DNA of 10,285 nt from Thermoplasmatota archaeon (lineage in GTDB: Archaea > Thermoplasmatota > Penumbrarchaeia > Penumbrarchaeales > Penumbrarchaeaceae): positions 1-10,285 of the forward strand of contig CBDDUX010000105.1 of the NCBI GenBank assembly GCA_965234725.1, read 5' to 3'. A model generated the notes under the pieces. It was given only the letters and a program-made list of their open reading frames with translations, made no database searches and was not told the DNA's origin. Each line of letters starts with the position of its first letter. The first letter of the stretch is position 1. Positions 1 through 9,247 of this stretch are shown here, piece after piece. The position numbers and the translations under genes are program-made.

Positions 1-64
1 GATTATGCATTTTTCAATCTGCGTCTACATTCATATTTCTCAGACAGGCTCTTAATTACATTTT

Positions 65-107
65 AAAAAAATAAACAAAAAAAAATGAGCCCCATTTTCA
101 GGGGCTC
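65..107 (-). terminator. Intrinsic terminator downstream of gdhA
   Basis: Minus strand reads GAGCCCC-TGAAAAT-GGGGCTC (perfect 7-bp GC-rich stem, arms 107-101 and 93-87), followed by A-TTTTTTTTT-G-TTTA-TTTTTTT. It begins about 20 nt after the gdhA stop at 129-131. Confidence 0.85.
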
Positions 108-128
108 TTGATACATTTAGCGATCGTT

Positions 129-1565
<1,437 letters not shown>

Positions 1566-1576
1566 TTAAGTAGTTG

Positions 1577-1591
1577 TATATAAACGGTTCC
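1577..1591 (-). promoter_or_regulatory. Putative archaeal promoter (TATA box with upstream purine-rich BRE-like segment) for gdhA
   Basis: Minus strand reads GGAACCG-TTTATATA (TATA at 1584-1577), matching the archaeal TTTAWATA consensus. It sits at the edge of an AT-rich intergenic region and predicts a TSS near 1553-1558. Confidence 0.65.
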
Positions 1592-1648
1592 TATCGATTT
1601 TCATTATTAAAAGAATGAATATATTGATTTTTGCCCATTATTTAAAAG

Positions 1649-1672
1649 GAAAAATTGATAATTGAATTTTTC
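1649..1672. repeat. Inverted repeat, 8-bp arms with 8-nt spacer
   Basis: GAAAAATT (1649-1656), gataattg, AATTTTTC (1665-1672). Extends imperfectly to TTTAAAAGG (1641) and CCTTTAAA (1681). Confidence 0.45.
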
Positions 1673-1710
1673 ACCTTTAAATCTTTCTTTGTAGGTCTTT
1701 TGTTGATCTT

Positions 1711-1745
1711 GGAAGTATGGTCGTATGATCACCACTCATACTTCC
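1711..1745. repeat. Inverted repeat / stem-loop, 9-bp arms with 17-nt spacer, downstream of the GNAT-HDAC gene
   Basis: GGAAGTATG (1711-1719) and CATACTTCC (1737-1745) are exact reverse complements, about 57 nt past the stop at 1803. No adjacent U-tract on the minus strand. Confidence 0.6.
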
Positions 1746-1802
1746 GTATCTGACCCATTAAAATCCTTAATAAATTTTCAAGGGGATGAAATGGATCTGG
1801 AT

Positions 1803-3584
1803 TCATTTCCGGTTCATCCTCGGATCGGAAATAAGAGAGAGATCGGTTGAATACATCCCATCGAAAAGACCCTTAAAGAAGGACCTAGCATTGGAACCCA
1901 GAATACGATTCCGATATCCACCCTCCTGGACAACAAGCGTGGGGATCCTCAATTCGCCTATCAAATTACCGTTCCTTTCGAAATCCTTTACCAGCAGATC
2001 CCAGGTTCCTGTTGGATCGCCCTTGGCGGTGTCCATTCCAAACGCCACCACTAAGAAATCCGGATGAAATTTGGATATTGACCTGAGTGCGGATCTCAAT
2101 GCATCAAGATATTTGGAACCATCCATATGTTCAGGAAGAGGTATGTTCATATTGTAACCGATACCATTTTCTTCACCTCTCTCCTCCTTGAAACCTGTGA
2201 AATAGGGATAGGCAAAACTGGGATGGCCGTGCAAGGAGACAGTAAGGACATCATCCCTGTCGTAAAAGATATCCTGCTGGCCGTTCCCGTGATGATAATC
2301 AATATCCAGTATGGCCACCTTACCTTCTCTTGACAATCTATTGGCTGCAATTGCATTTGAGTTGAAATAACAGAATCCTCCGAAGTACTTCCTGCTTGCA
2401 TGATGCCCGGGAGGTCTTACCAGGGCGTATGAGATCATATCTCCCCGGACCAATCGATCAGCTCCTGTCAAAGAACAGTCAACTGCTCTCCTTGCAGCCA
2501 GGTACGCATTCTTGTTCAATGGTGTGAATGTATCTATACAGTAATATCCCGCTCTGACCGAAAGTTCCCTTGGGGGCCGGGTCTGGTTCCTTATGGGGAA
2601 TACATAGGGGTAGATCGATTTGCCCGGTGGAAGCTTTCCACAGACCTTTTTGAAATAATCCACATATCCCCGGTCATGGACCAGAGTGATCTCCGAGTCC
2701 CTGTGCCTCACCACAGATATCTTATTGAAGAGTCCGCTGGGTTCCAGTCCCTTCAATATCGACCGGATCCTGACAGGGGATTCCACATAACCCCTTTCAT
2801 GAACATGGTGGATCTCATGTTTATCATTTATAATGAGTGGAATGAGTCTATCGAGGGGAATACCACCGGTAAAGGGAATGACCTGATCTTCCTTGAAGTA
2901 CTTGGGTTCGCGTATCCGAACCGGATCATCCCTGAACGAGGATACGACCAGGTCCACATATTCCGGTGAACATAGACCCTTGTATTTTCTCACAAGGATC
3001 GCTGTTACGATGTCCTTTGATTCCTTCCTTCTCAAAGGACGGTCCCTACCCAGGTCGTCAAAGACAAGATAAGGTGGATTTCTATCGTCTGGAGAAAGAG
3101 GGGTTTCATATCCGGTGTTGATGATCGGTCTTGCCCCGTAACGCTCGTAGAATTTAAGCCGGGAGATGTTCTTCCTCCTTTCCACAGGGTTAGGCTCAGC
3201 GCTTGCAGTCTCTTGAAGGCATTCCAGAAAGATGCCTTTGCTCCTCAATGATCTGGCCTCATAGCGTATCCTCCCATAGAGGGCGCTTCCAATCCCCCGC
3301 CCCATCCGTCCAAGGGACGTGAAGATATAATCAAGGAAACAGAATCCCAGGTCCGGAAAATGGAGCAGGATTGCGGCACCCTGGATCTCACCATGGGACC
3401 CTTCAGCGGAAAAAATTATGGAACGATATGTCCTAAGCATGGGGTTATGAAGAGATGAAGGGATCTTGAGGATATTTTCCTCTTTTTCATCAATGAACTG
3501 ATCACGAAGCATCTCCTGTACCCGATGAACAGCCTCCCTGTTCACTGTCGTAGTCTGATCATAGATCACTCTGATCCTAAACAT
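1803..3584 (-). CDS. Fusion of an N-terminal GNAT acetyltransferase and a C-terminal Zn-dependent histone deacetylase-family (acetylpolyamine amidohydrolase-like) domain, about 593 aa
   Basis: GNAT features: FCFLDYI strand, acetyl-CoA motif A GRMGRGIGSALY (~3280-3310), GIFLE, and RLKFYERYGA. HDAC features: VESPVRI, VHDRGY, GYYCIDTFTP, RPPGHHA (His dyad, ~2400-2417), GGFCYFN, DIDYHHGNG (Zn ligands, ~2281-2306), SLHG, AFGMD, QEGGY (catalytic Tyr, ~1915-1929). I prefer the ATG at 3584 (MFRIR..., preceded by AAGGT) over the track's GTG at 3653, which overlaps the upstream gene. Confidence 0.9.
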   Translation of the reverse strand: MFRIRVIYDQTTTVNREAVHRVQEMLRDQFIDEKEENILKIPSSLHNPMLRTYRSIIFSAEGSHGEIQGAAILLHFPDLGFCFLDYIFTSLGRMGRGIGSALYGRIRYEARSLRSKGIFLECLQETASAEPNPVERRKNISRLKFYERYGARPIINTGYETPLSPDDRNPPYLVFDDLGRDRPLRRKESKDIVTAILVRKYKGLCSPEYVDLVVSSFRDDPVRIREPKYFKEDQVIPFTGGIPLDRLIPLIINDKHEIHHVHERGYVESPVRIRSILKGLEPSGLFNKISVVRHRDSEITLVHDRGYVDYFKKVCGKLPPGKSIYPYVFPIRNQTRPPRELSVRAGYYCIDTFTPLNKNAYLAARRAVDCSLTGADRLVRGDMISYALVRPPGHHASRKYFGGFCYFNSNAIAANRLSREGKVAILDIDYHHGNGQQDIFYDRDDVLTVSLHGHPSFAYPYFTGFKEERGEENGIGYNMNIPLPEHMDGSKYLDALRSALRSISKFHPDFLVVAFGMDTAKGDPTGTWDLLVKDFERNGNLIGELRIPTLVVQEGGYRNRILGSNARSFFKGLFDGMYSTDLSLISDPRMNRK

Positions 3585-3636
3585 TCGAACCTTGTTGGAT
3601 ATGATCAGAGCAGTATTTAATCCAGACCTAAAACGA

Positions 3637-4899
3637 TCAGGGGAAGATACCACGGAGCTCTATCGCCCTTGATATCTTTCCAATTCCATTCTGGAACGCC
3701 GAATCCCTCATTGAGATCTTCTCCTTCAAAGCCAGGTCCCACACCTCTGCGAACGATCTCTCCATTATCCGATTCAGATTCCGGTTCACTTCATCAAGGT
3801 CCCAGAAGAATGATTGAATTCCCTGGACCCATTCAAAGTATGATACAACCACTCCTCCGCTGTTCGCAAGGATGTCAGGGACCACGTGGATCCCCTTTTC
3901 ATTGATGATCCCGTCTGCATTCTGTGTGATCGGTCCATTGGCGCCCTCGACTATCACCTTGGCTTTCACATCATCAGCGTTATCCACTGTTATCTGGTTC
4001 TCCAATGCCGCAGGGACGAGCACATCTACACCTAAGGTGAGAATATCTTTTCCATTTTCCAGGAAATCCGTTCCCTGACCCTCATAATCCTTGAATAGCC
4101 TGGGTTTACCACTACCATATACCCATTCTATCATCTTATGGATGTTCAGACCATCAGGGTCATAAAGAACTCCTGAAACATCACTGAGGGCAACTACCTT
4201 TGCCCCTTTTTCAGAAAGCAGATGAGAGGCAATGGATCCAACATTTCCGAAACCCTGGACCGCAACACTGCTTCCATTGGGGTCCATTCCAAGCCGTTTC
4301 ATGATCTGCAGGGAATTGAGCATTACACCTCTTCCGGTCGCTTCGTTCCTTCCCAGGGAACCGCCTAGGTCCAGGGGTTTTCCGGTCACTATCTCCAGCA
4401 TGGCGTTTCCCTTGAACATCGAAGCCGCATCCATGAACCATCCCATCGTCTCGGGATTAGTGTTGACATCAGGGGCCGGGATATCGGTCTTGGGACCTAT
4501 TATTGGCATAATTGCAGCTGCGTACCTCTTCGTAAGCTTCTGGAGCTCACAGGGAGATCTATTGGTGGGATCTATGGTAATTCCACCCTTTGCCCCCCCA
4601 TATGGTACGTTTGCTACGGCGCATTTCAATGACATGAGGGTCGCGAGTGCTTTCACCTCATCAATATCTGTATCTGGGTGGTACCTTATACCTCCCTTGC
4701 AAGGTCCCCTGGCCGATGAATGTTGGACCCTGTAACCTTTGAAAACATCGATCTCACCGTTGTCCATGACTATCGGTATATGCACAGTTAATTCCCTTTC
4801 TGGCATCTTTATCATCTTCACGATGCCCTTATCGATACACATCCTCTCTACGGTGGTATCTATCTGTTGGAGGACGCTCTCATAGAATGATTGTACCAT
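3637..4899 (-). CDS. Glutamate dehydrogenase, GDH-2 subfamily (Glu/Leu/Phe/Val dehydrogenase family; GudB/RocG/archaeal-type), 420 aa
   Basis: Motifs FKGYRVQH, RGPCKGGIRYHP, LMSLKCA, PYGGAKGG, DIPAPDVNT, VTGKP, GGSLGRNEATGRG, VQGFGNVG, PAALENQI, EGANGP, PDILANSGGVVVSYFEWVQ. The three active-site lysines and the glutamate-pocket Arg/Ser appear present. ATG at 4899 has SD GGAGTGA at 4910-4904. Confidence 0.95.
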   Translation of the reverse strand: MVQSFYESVLQQIDTTVERMCIDKGIVKMIKMPERELTVHIPIVMDNGEIDVFKGYRVQHSSARGPCKGGIRYHPDTDIDEVKALATLMSLKCAVANVPYGGAKGGITIDPTNRSPCELQKLTKRYAAAIMPIIGPKTDIPAPDVNTNPETMGWFMDAASMFKGNAMLEIVTGKPLDLGGSLGRNEATGRGVMLNSLQIMKRLGMDPNGSSVAVQGFGNVGSIASHLLSEKGAKVVALSDVSGVLYDPDGLNIHKMIEWVYGSGKPRLFKDYEGQGTDFLENGKDILTLGVDVLVPAALENQITVDNADDVKAKVIVEGANGPITQNADGIINEKGIHVVPDILANSGGVVVSYFEWVQGIQSFFWDLDEVNRNLNRIMERSFAEVWDLALKEKISMRDSAFQNGIGKISRAIELRGIFP

Positions 4900-4939
4900 G
4901 TTCTCACTCCATAAACTACAACCTCACAGAAACTCCCTG

Positions 4940-4949
4940 TAAATAAATA
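4940..4949 (-). promoter_or_regulatory. Possible TATA-like box for the GDH-2 gene
   Basis: Minus strand reads TATTTATTTA about 40 nt upstream of the ATG, within the 76-nt intergenic gap. This spacing would allow a short SD-containing leader. Confidence 0.35.
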
Positions 4950-4975
4950 TTGTACCAAAAATGAAGACGTGGACA

Positions 4976-7900
4976 TCATTCTTCTTCCAGAGGGCCTCCC
5001 TTCCTTGTGAAAGCAGAAATTGCAATGAAAATAGTGAGGAGGATCAGAGCTATTCCCAGAATGAACATTAGGTACGGGGGGTCCTCTTTTTCTTTATTAT
5101 CATCGATGCTTTGGAGTTCGATGGATCCGATGTCAAAGGGGCCACCTCCGTAGGGAACCTCTATAATAACCGAAACATTCCCATATCCTTCCTTGAAGAA
5201 GGAGATCTCGTATGATCCTTCACTTAATTCCATAGTGAATGTGCCATTGGGATCTGAAAAAACCACATCCGTGCCATTGATCGATATCTCGGACCCGTCA
5301 AGGGGATTACCCTTCTCATTGGTTACCCTCCCAACGGTAGTAGTCGTTCTTGATGGATCCTTGGCGGTTTTAAAGGACCAGCTAGCCGATATTGGATTCC
5401 CTGCCAGGTCCTCACCGTAGAATATGATATGATATTCCGAATTGTCCCCGAGTTCCCCATCAACAATGAACCGGTAAGTATTGTTACTTGACTCTATCCA
5501 ATCGCCTTGAAGACCGGTGAGATCGAAAAATATCGAGGATGGTGCAAGGGGTTCGGAGACCTCAATTGTTACATCTTCATCATATCCGACACTGTCACCC
5601 GTTGGATAGAAAGAAATTATCCTGGGAGATGTCCTGTCAACCCCTATTGGGATTTGGTCAATTGCCGAGTTCCCGGAAAGGTCATATACAATGATCACAA
5701 ACAAGAAATTCCCCTCCGGCAATTCGATAGAGATATTGTTTTGGCCGTCCGGAACTTGTACCTTCATGACCCGCTCGAAGGGAGGGGAGGGCGGGGGTGG
5801 AACCGCTCCGTTTCTGGTTATCCTGTGTGGAGGGTAATACTTCCCCAGGTCATAGTCTGCGATCTCCTCCAGGCTCAGATCTGTCATGTTCCAAACTTCA
5901 TACCAGGTACTTACCACTTCCATATTATCAGTGGAGTTCCAGACGAATTCGGCCAGATCATTTGTCCAGTTCATCTGGGGTATCAATTTAACCTTCGGTG
6001 CCTCCCAATCGGAATAGAAGGAAGTACTACCAGTTGCATTAAAACCTCTGTTGTCCCTGATCTTAACTGAAAGATCGTGCCATCCCATCTCATCCAGCTC
6101 GATCGTTCGTTCTCTCGGAGTTCCGTTTAGAGGAACAACCTCATTGTCAAGATAGAGCTCGACATGGGTGATATCCGTCCAATCCAGGGTGGATGTCCAG
6201 GATATATTCACTTCTCTACTGTTCAGAATCTCTCCATTCTCCATTTCAAAGAAGACTCCCAATGGGGCCATGTTGAGAAGGGCGATCTCATAGACCGGAG
6301 ATCCTTCCCCTAAAACCGATCTTGCCTGAACTGAATAGAGGACCTCATTCTCTTGTCCAGGATCATTGTCAATGAATGCCTCTACCGGTCCCAAGACCCA
6401 GGATGTTGGTTTCGTATCTCCTCCACCTATTCTCCTGACAGTATACCCCAATACAGGAGCGAATGGGTGTACAGAAGTTGGGGGTGACCAGGAAATAATT
6501 ACCCTTTCCATGAACTGTTCAGAATCAGGACCTGTGGGTGATCCGAGGATCTCATAGGGGAGATCCACTGATGGTTCGATATCCGAGAGGTTTCCTTTCC
6601 CCGGGATCATATCATAGGGCAGGTCCACTTTCCCATCATGGTCAAGATCAGGTGAGGTATGGTTCCAGTAGTAGTTATTCAAAACCTTGGTTGTCTTCTC
6701 ATTTATGTAGAGGTCCACTGGATGGGTTATGAACCTCCCGTTGTTGACGAAGGCATTACTCTCTATCCTGTTGAATAGGCCGGATAGGACCGAGATCGGG
6801 ATATCACCATTTTCCATGAACCCGTTATTTAGTATCCTGTTACTCTCGGAATCGATATCCAGGATAATTCCCCTATCACCTTCTTGGAACATGTTCTTGA
6901 TGATCATAGAATCATCTGTTCCCAGGAGAGACAAACCTTCCCTTGTTCCGTTGAAGAGGCAGGAATCTATCGTGCAATCTCTCATATTGGAAAGATTCAC
7001 CGATGTCTTGGATATGTCATGAAACCTGCAATCCTTGATCTCCCAACTTCTATCTCCGTTGGCAAGGATACCGAAGTTGAGATCATGGAAATCACTATCC
7101 ATGAAAGTAACTCTCCACGAATTATATCCCGATATCCCGATATTATATGATGTGAATGAACAATTCCTGATCAAAAGGTCCCGGGATCTGAATAGAAGGA
7201 CATTGATCGAACCGGTATCCATCTTCATATCCTCGATCACACCATCCACACAGTTGAGAAGGATATACTGGCCACCATCCTTCTCTATCTCGGCCCCCTC
7301 AAGGCTAAGACCATTGTAGAACCTAACAGGTTTACCATCTACGGTATTGTTCTCCGGGATCTCTATAACGGATGAAGGTCCGATACCGTAAAGATCTATC
7401 GAAGTGTGGATCAATTCATTTGAATAGACCTTTGAAGATGCATATCTCTCGAGCAATATTCCTGGGTCCCCATCGTCCTCTATCCTGTTCTCCATGATCA
7501 TGTTAGTCGATCCGGAGTCAACAATCCCAAAACCTCCATTGATATCGGAAATCCGGTTATCTGAAATATTCGTATATGAACCTGAGCTCATAATCCCCTT
7601 TTCACACCCTGATATTTGAGTTCCATATGCAGAACCGTATCTTGAGTAACTATCGAATTCTAAACCTTTTTTTACATCTATTATGTCATTATCCTCAATA
7701 ATACATCCCCAACCTTTCACATAAATACCAGAGGTAGAGGTATCAATGGAATGTATGTTATTTCTGGAAATGATACATTCATCGGAATATACTGCAATAC
7801 CCCTGAAGAACGACCCGCTGATCTCATTGTCCGAAACGGTGATATTCTCACACTCTTCAAGGATCCTTACACCATCATTTCCATTGAAAATAATACAACC

Positions 7901-9199
7901 TGAAACGAATGAACCTTCAACTTTGGAAAGCGAAATGCTATCTGTACCATTGGTAAATTCATCTTCAGTGATCTGAACATCCCTGCATTCATGAAAATGA
8001 ACTCCGGCAATACCGACCTCGGATATTGTGGTGTTCGTAACTGTAATATTATCACAGGAATCGGCCAGTACACCATAGTACACCTGATCAGATATCCTTG
8101 ACTTATTGATCAAGGTCCTTGTGCAATCAAAGAGAATGATGGCCGCTGTACCACCGTTGATATCTGAATAGTATATCGAAAGATTCGATGCCTCCCAGAC
8201 GATCCACTGACCAACCACAAGGGGGACCACCCATCCACCGTAGTCCTTGCTGCCGATGAAGTAAATGGGTTTTCCTCCAACTGTATTGTTCTCTGGTATG
8301 ATCTGGGTTGCGAAATTATCCCTGATCATTTCCAAGAAGAAGGAACAGTTGAACATCATATTCCCATAAAACTCGTTGAAATTCCCGTCAAAAACATACA
8401 GTCCTTCTTCACAATCCTCGACGGTGTTGTTGAGTATCCTGTTCCCTGAAGATCCATACTTCAAGAACACACCATCATCATTGTGGGCAGCGTAATTCCC
8501 GATGACGGTATTATTATGGCTCCAGTCCAGTCTTATCCCATGATCATCAATGTTGGTCATAGAATTGTTTTCGATCCTGTTATTGTGGGATCCGATCAGA
8601 TATATGCCAAAATCCCAATTATCCACAGTATTGTCCATGAAAAGGGAGTTGTTCCCCCCATAGTGGATAGCGTGGTTCTTGCCATCTATAACATTGTTAC
8701 CAATGACGGTCATGCCATCAGAATATAGCCATAGGCCATTGTGGCAATCGAAGATGGTATTATTGATGATCCGGCAAGTGTCCAGGGCCCTGATCCCGTA
8801 TCCGGAGCTATTGACCGTGCATCCGGTGATCGTCCCATTCCCGGAAAGGATGGTAATACCTCCGATGGGTGAACCACCGCCATCAGCTTTCATGACAGTG
8901 CAATTCCTAATGATAAAACTGAAAGATGTGTTGATCGCGATGCCGTAACCTGTCCTGTTAGCATCAATAACAAGGTCCGAGATAATATAAGGGTCCTCTT
9001 CCGAACCGTTTCCTTCCCACCCCATTTCCAAGGCATTCTGCTCAAAAGAGCTATCGTTCATCATCAGAATGGGATCGATCGATGAAGCCCTGGTCCGATC
9101 CGTTCCGAAGGTTTTTACCTGAAATTCTCCTCCCTCTACAGATGCTGGCAATCCCTGAAGGACCAGGAGTATTAGTATTAAAGACGTTAGGGACCTCAT
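4976..9199 (-). CDS. Large secreted, membrane-anchored surface protein: signal peptide, right-handed parallel beta-helix (NosD/CASH-like) repeats, FN3-like, Ig-like and carboxypeptidase-regulatory-like modules, C-terminal TM; 1407 aa
   Basis: Signal peptide MRSLTSLILILLVLQGLPA. GNGSEEDPYII N-cap motif. Many GIxL..SxNNxIxNNxI turns. C-cap NNYYWNHTSPDLDHDGKVDLPY. FN3-like VIISWSPP..GYTVRR..YSVQARSVLGEG. Ig-like D..GN..S and DRTSPRIISFYP. CarboxypepD_reg-like VGRVTNEKGNPLDG..SDPNGTF..L..GSYEISFFKEGY. TM YLMFILGIALILLTIFIAISAF followed by TRK. SD AAGGAG at 9210-9205. Confidence 0.88.
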   Translation of the reverse strand: MRSLTSLILILLVLQGLPASVEGGEFQVKTFGTDRTRASSIDPILMMNDSSFEQNALEMGWEGNGSEEDPYIISDLVIDANRTGYGIAINTSFSFIIRNCTVMKADGGGSPIGGITILSGNGTITGCTVNSSGYGIRALDTCRIINNTIFDCHNGLWLYSDGMTVIGNNVIDGKNHAIHYGGNNSLFMDNTVDNWDFGIYLIGSHNNRIENNSMTNIDDHGIRLDWSHNNTVIGNYAAHNDDGVFLKYGSSGNRILNNTVEDCEEGLYVFDGNFNEFYGNMMFNCSFFLEMIRDNFATQIIPENNTVGGKPIYFIGSKDYGGWVVPLVVGQWIVWEASNLSIYYSDINGGTAAIILFDCTRTLINKSRISDQVYYGVLADSCDNITVTNTTISEVGIAGVHFHECRDVQITEDEFTNGTDSISLSKVEGSFVSGCIIFNGNDGVRILEECENITVSDNEISGSFFRGIAVYSDECIISRNNIHSIDTSTSGIYVKGWGCIIEDNDIIDVKKGLEFDSYSRYGSAYGTQISGCEKGIMSSGSYTNISDNRISDINGGFGIVDSGSTNMIMENRIEDDGDPGILLERYASSKVYSNELIHTSIDLYGIGPSSVIEIPENNTVDGKPVRFYNGLSLEGAEIEKDGGQYILLNCVDGVIEDMKMDTGSINVLLFRSRDLLIRNCSFTSYNIGISGYNSWRVTFMDSDFHDLNFGILANGDRSWEIKDCRFHDISKTSVNLSNMRDCTIDSCLFNGTREGLSLLGTDDSMIIKNMFQEGDRGIILDIDSESNRILNNGFMENGDIPISVLSGLFNRIESNAFVNNGRFITHPVDLYINEKTTKVLNNYYWNHTSPDLDHDGKVDLPYDMIPGKGNLSDIEPSVDLPYEILGSPTGPDSEQFMERVIISWSPPTSVHPFAPVLGYTVRRIGGGDTKPTSWVLGPVEAFIDNDPGQENEVLYSVQARSVLGEGSPVYEIALLNMAPLGVFFEMENGEILNSREVNISWTSTLDWTDITHVELYLDNEVVPLNGTPRERTIELDEMGWHDLSVKIRDNRGFNATGSTSFYSDWEAPKVKLIPQMNWTNDLAEFVWNSTDNMEVVSTWYEVWNMTDLSLEEIADYDLGKYYPPHRITRNGAVPPPPSPPFERVMKVQVPDGQNNISIELPEGNFLFVIIVYDLSGNSAIDQIPIGVDRTSPRIISFYPTGDSVGYDEDVTIEVSEPLAPSSIFFDLTGLQGDWIESSNNTYRFIVDGELGDNSEYHIIFYGEDLAGNPISASWSFKTAKDPSRTTTTVGRVTNEKGNPLDGSEISINGTDVVFSDPNGTFTMELSEGSYEISFFKEGYGNVSVIIEVPYGGGPFDIGSIELQSIDDNKEKEDPPYLMFILGIALILLTIFIAISAFTRKGGPLEEE

Positions 9200-9206
9200 C
9201 CTATCT

Positions 9207-9221
9207 CCTTTAACTTAAAGG
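9207..9221. promoter_or_regulatory. 15-bp palindrome overlapping the predicted TSS and SD of the surface-protein gene (candidate operator)
   Basis: CCTTTAA-C-TTAAAGG: perfect 7-bp arms with a 1-nt spacer. Confidence 0.45.
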
Positions 9222-9232
9222 CGAAGATCGAG

Positions 9233-9247
9233 ATTTATACTGTTCGG
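9233..9247 (-). promoter_or_regulatory. Putative archaeal BRE-TATA promoter for the surface-protein gene
   Basis: Minus strand reads CCGAACAG-TATAAAT (TATA at 9239-9233). This predicts a TSS near 9210, just upstream of the SD. Confidence 0.5.

Noticed and set aside
3585..3653. Extended GTG start (616 aa) for the GNAT-HDAC fusion, implying overlap and translational coupling with GDH-2
   Set aside because: The extra 23 residues look non-coding and overlap the upstream gene's end. The ATG at 3584 (MFRIR) has an SD-like AAGGT and a TATA-like TTAAATA about 30 nt upstream.
4976..9199. Calling the beta-helix protein a true NosD or a pectate lyase, or a DGR/CRISPR-like repeat locus
   Set aside because: No nos genes are nearby and no catalytic signature is identifiable. 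The repeats are degenerate protein-level turns, with no near-identical DNA repeats or reverse transcriptase in the window.
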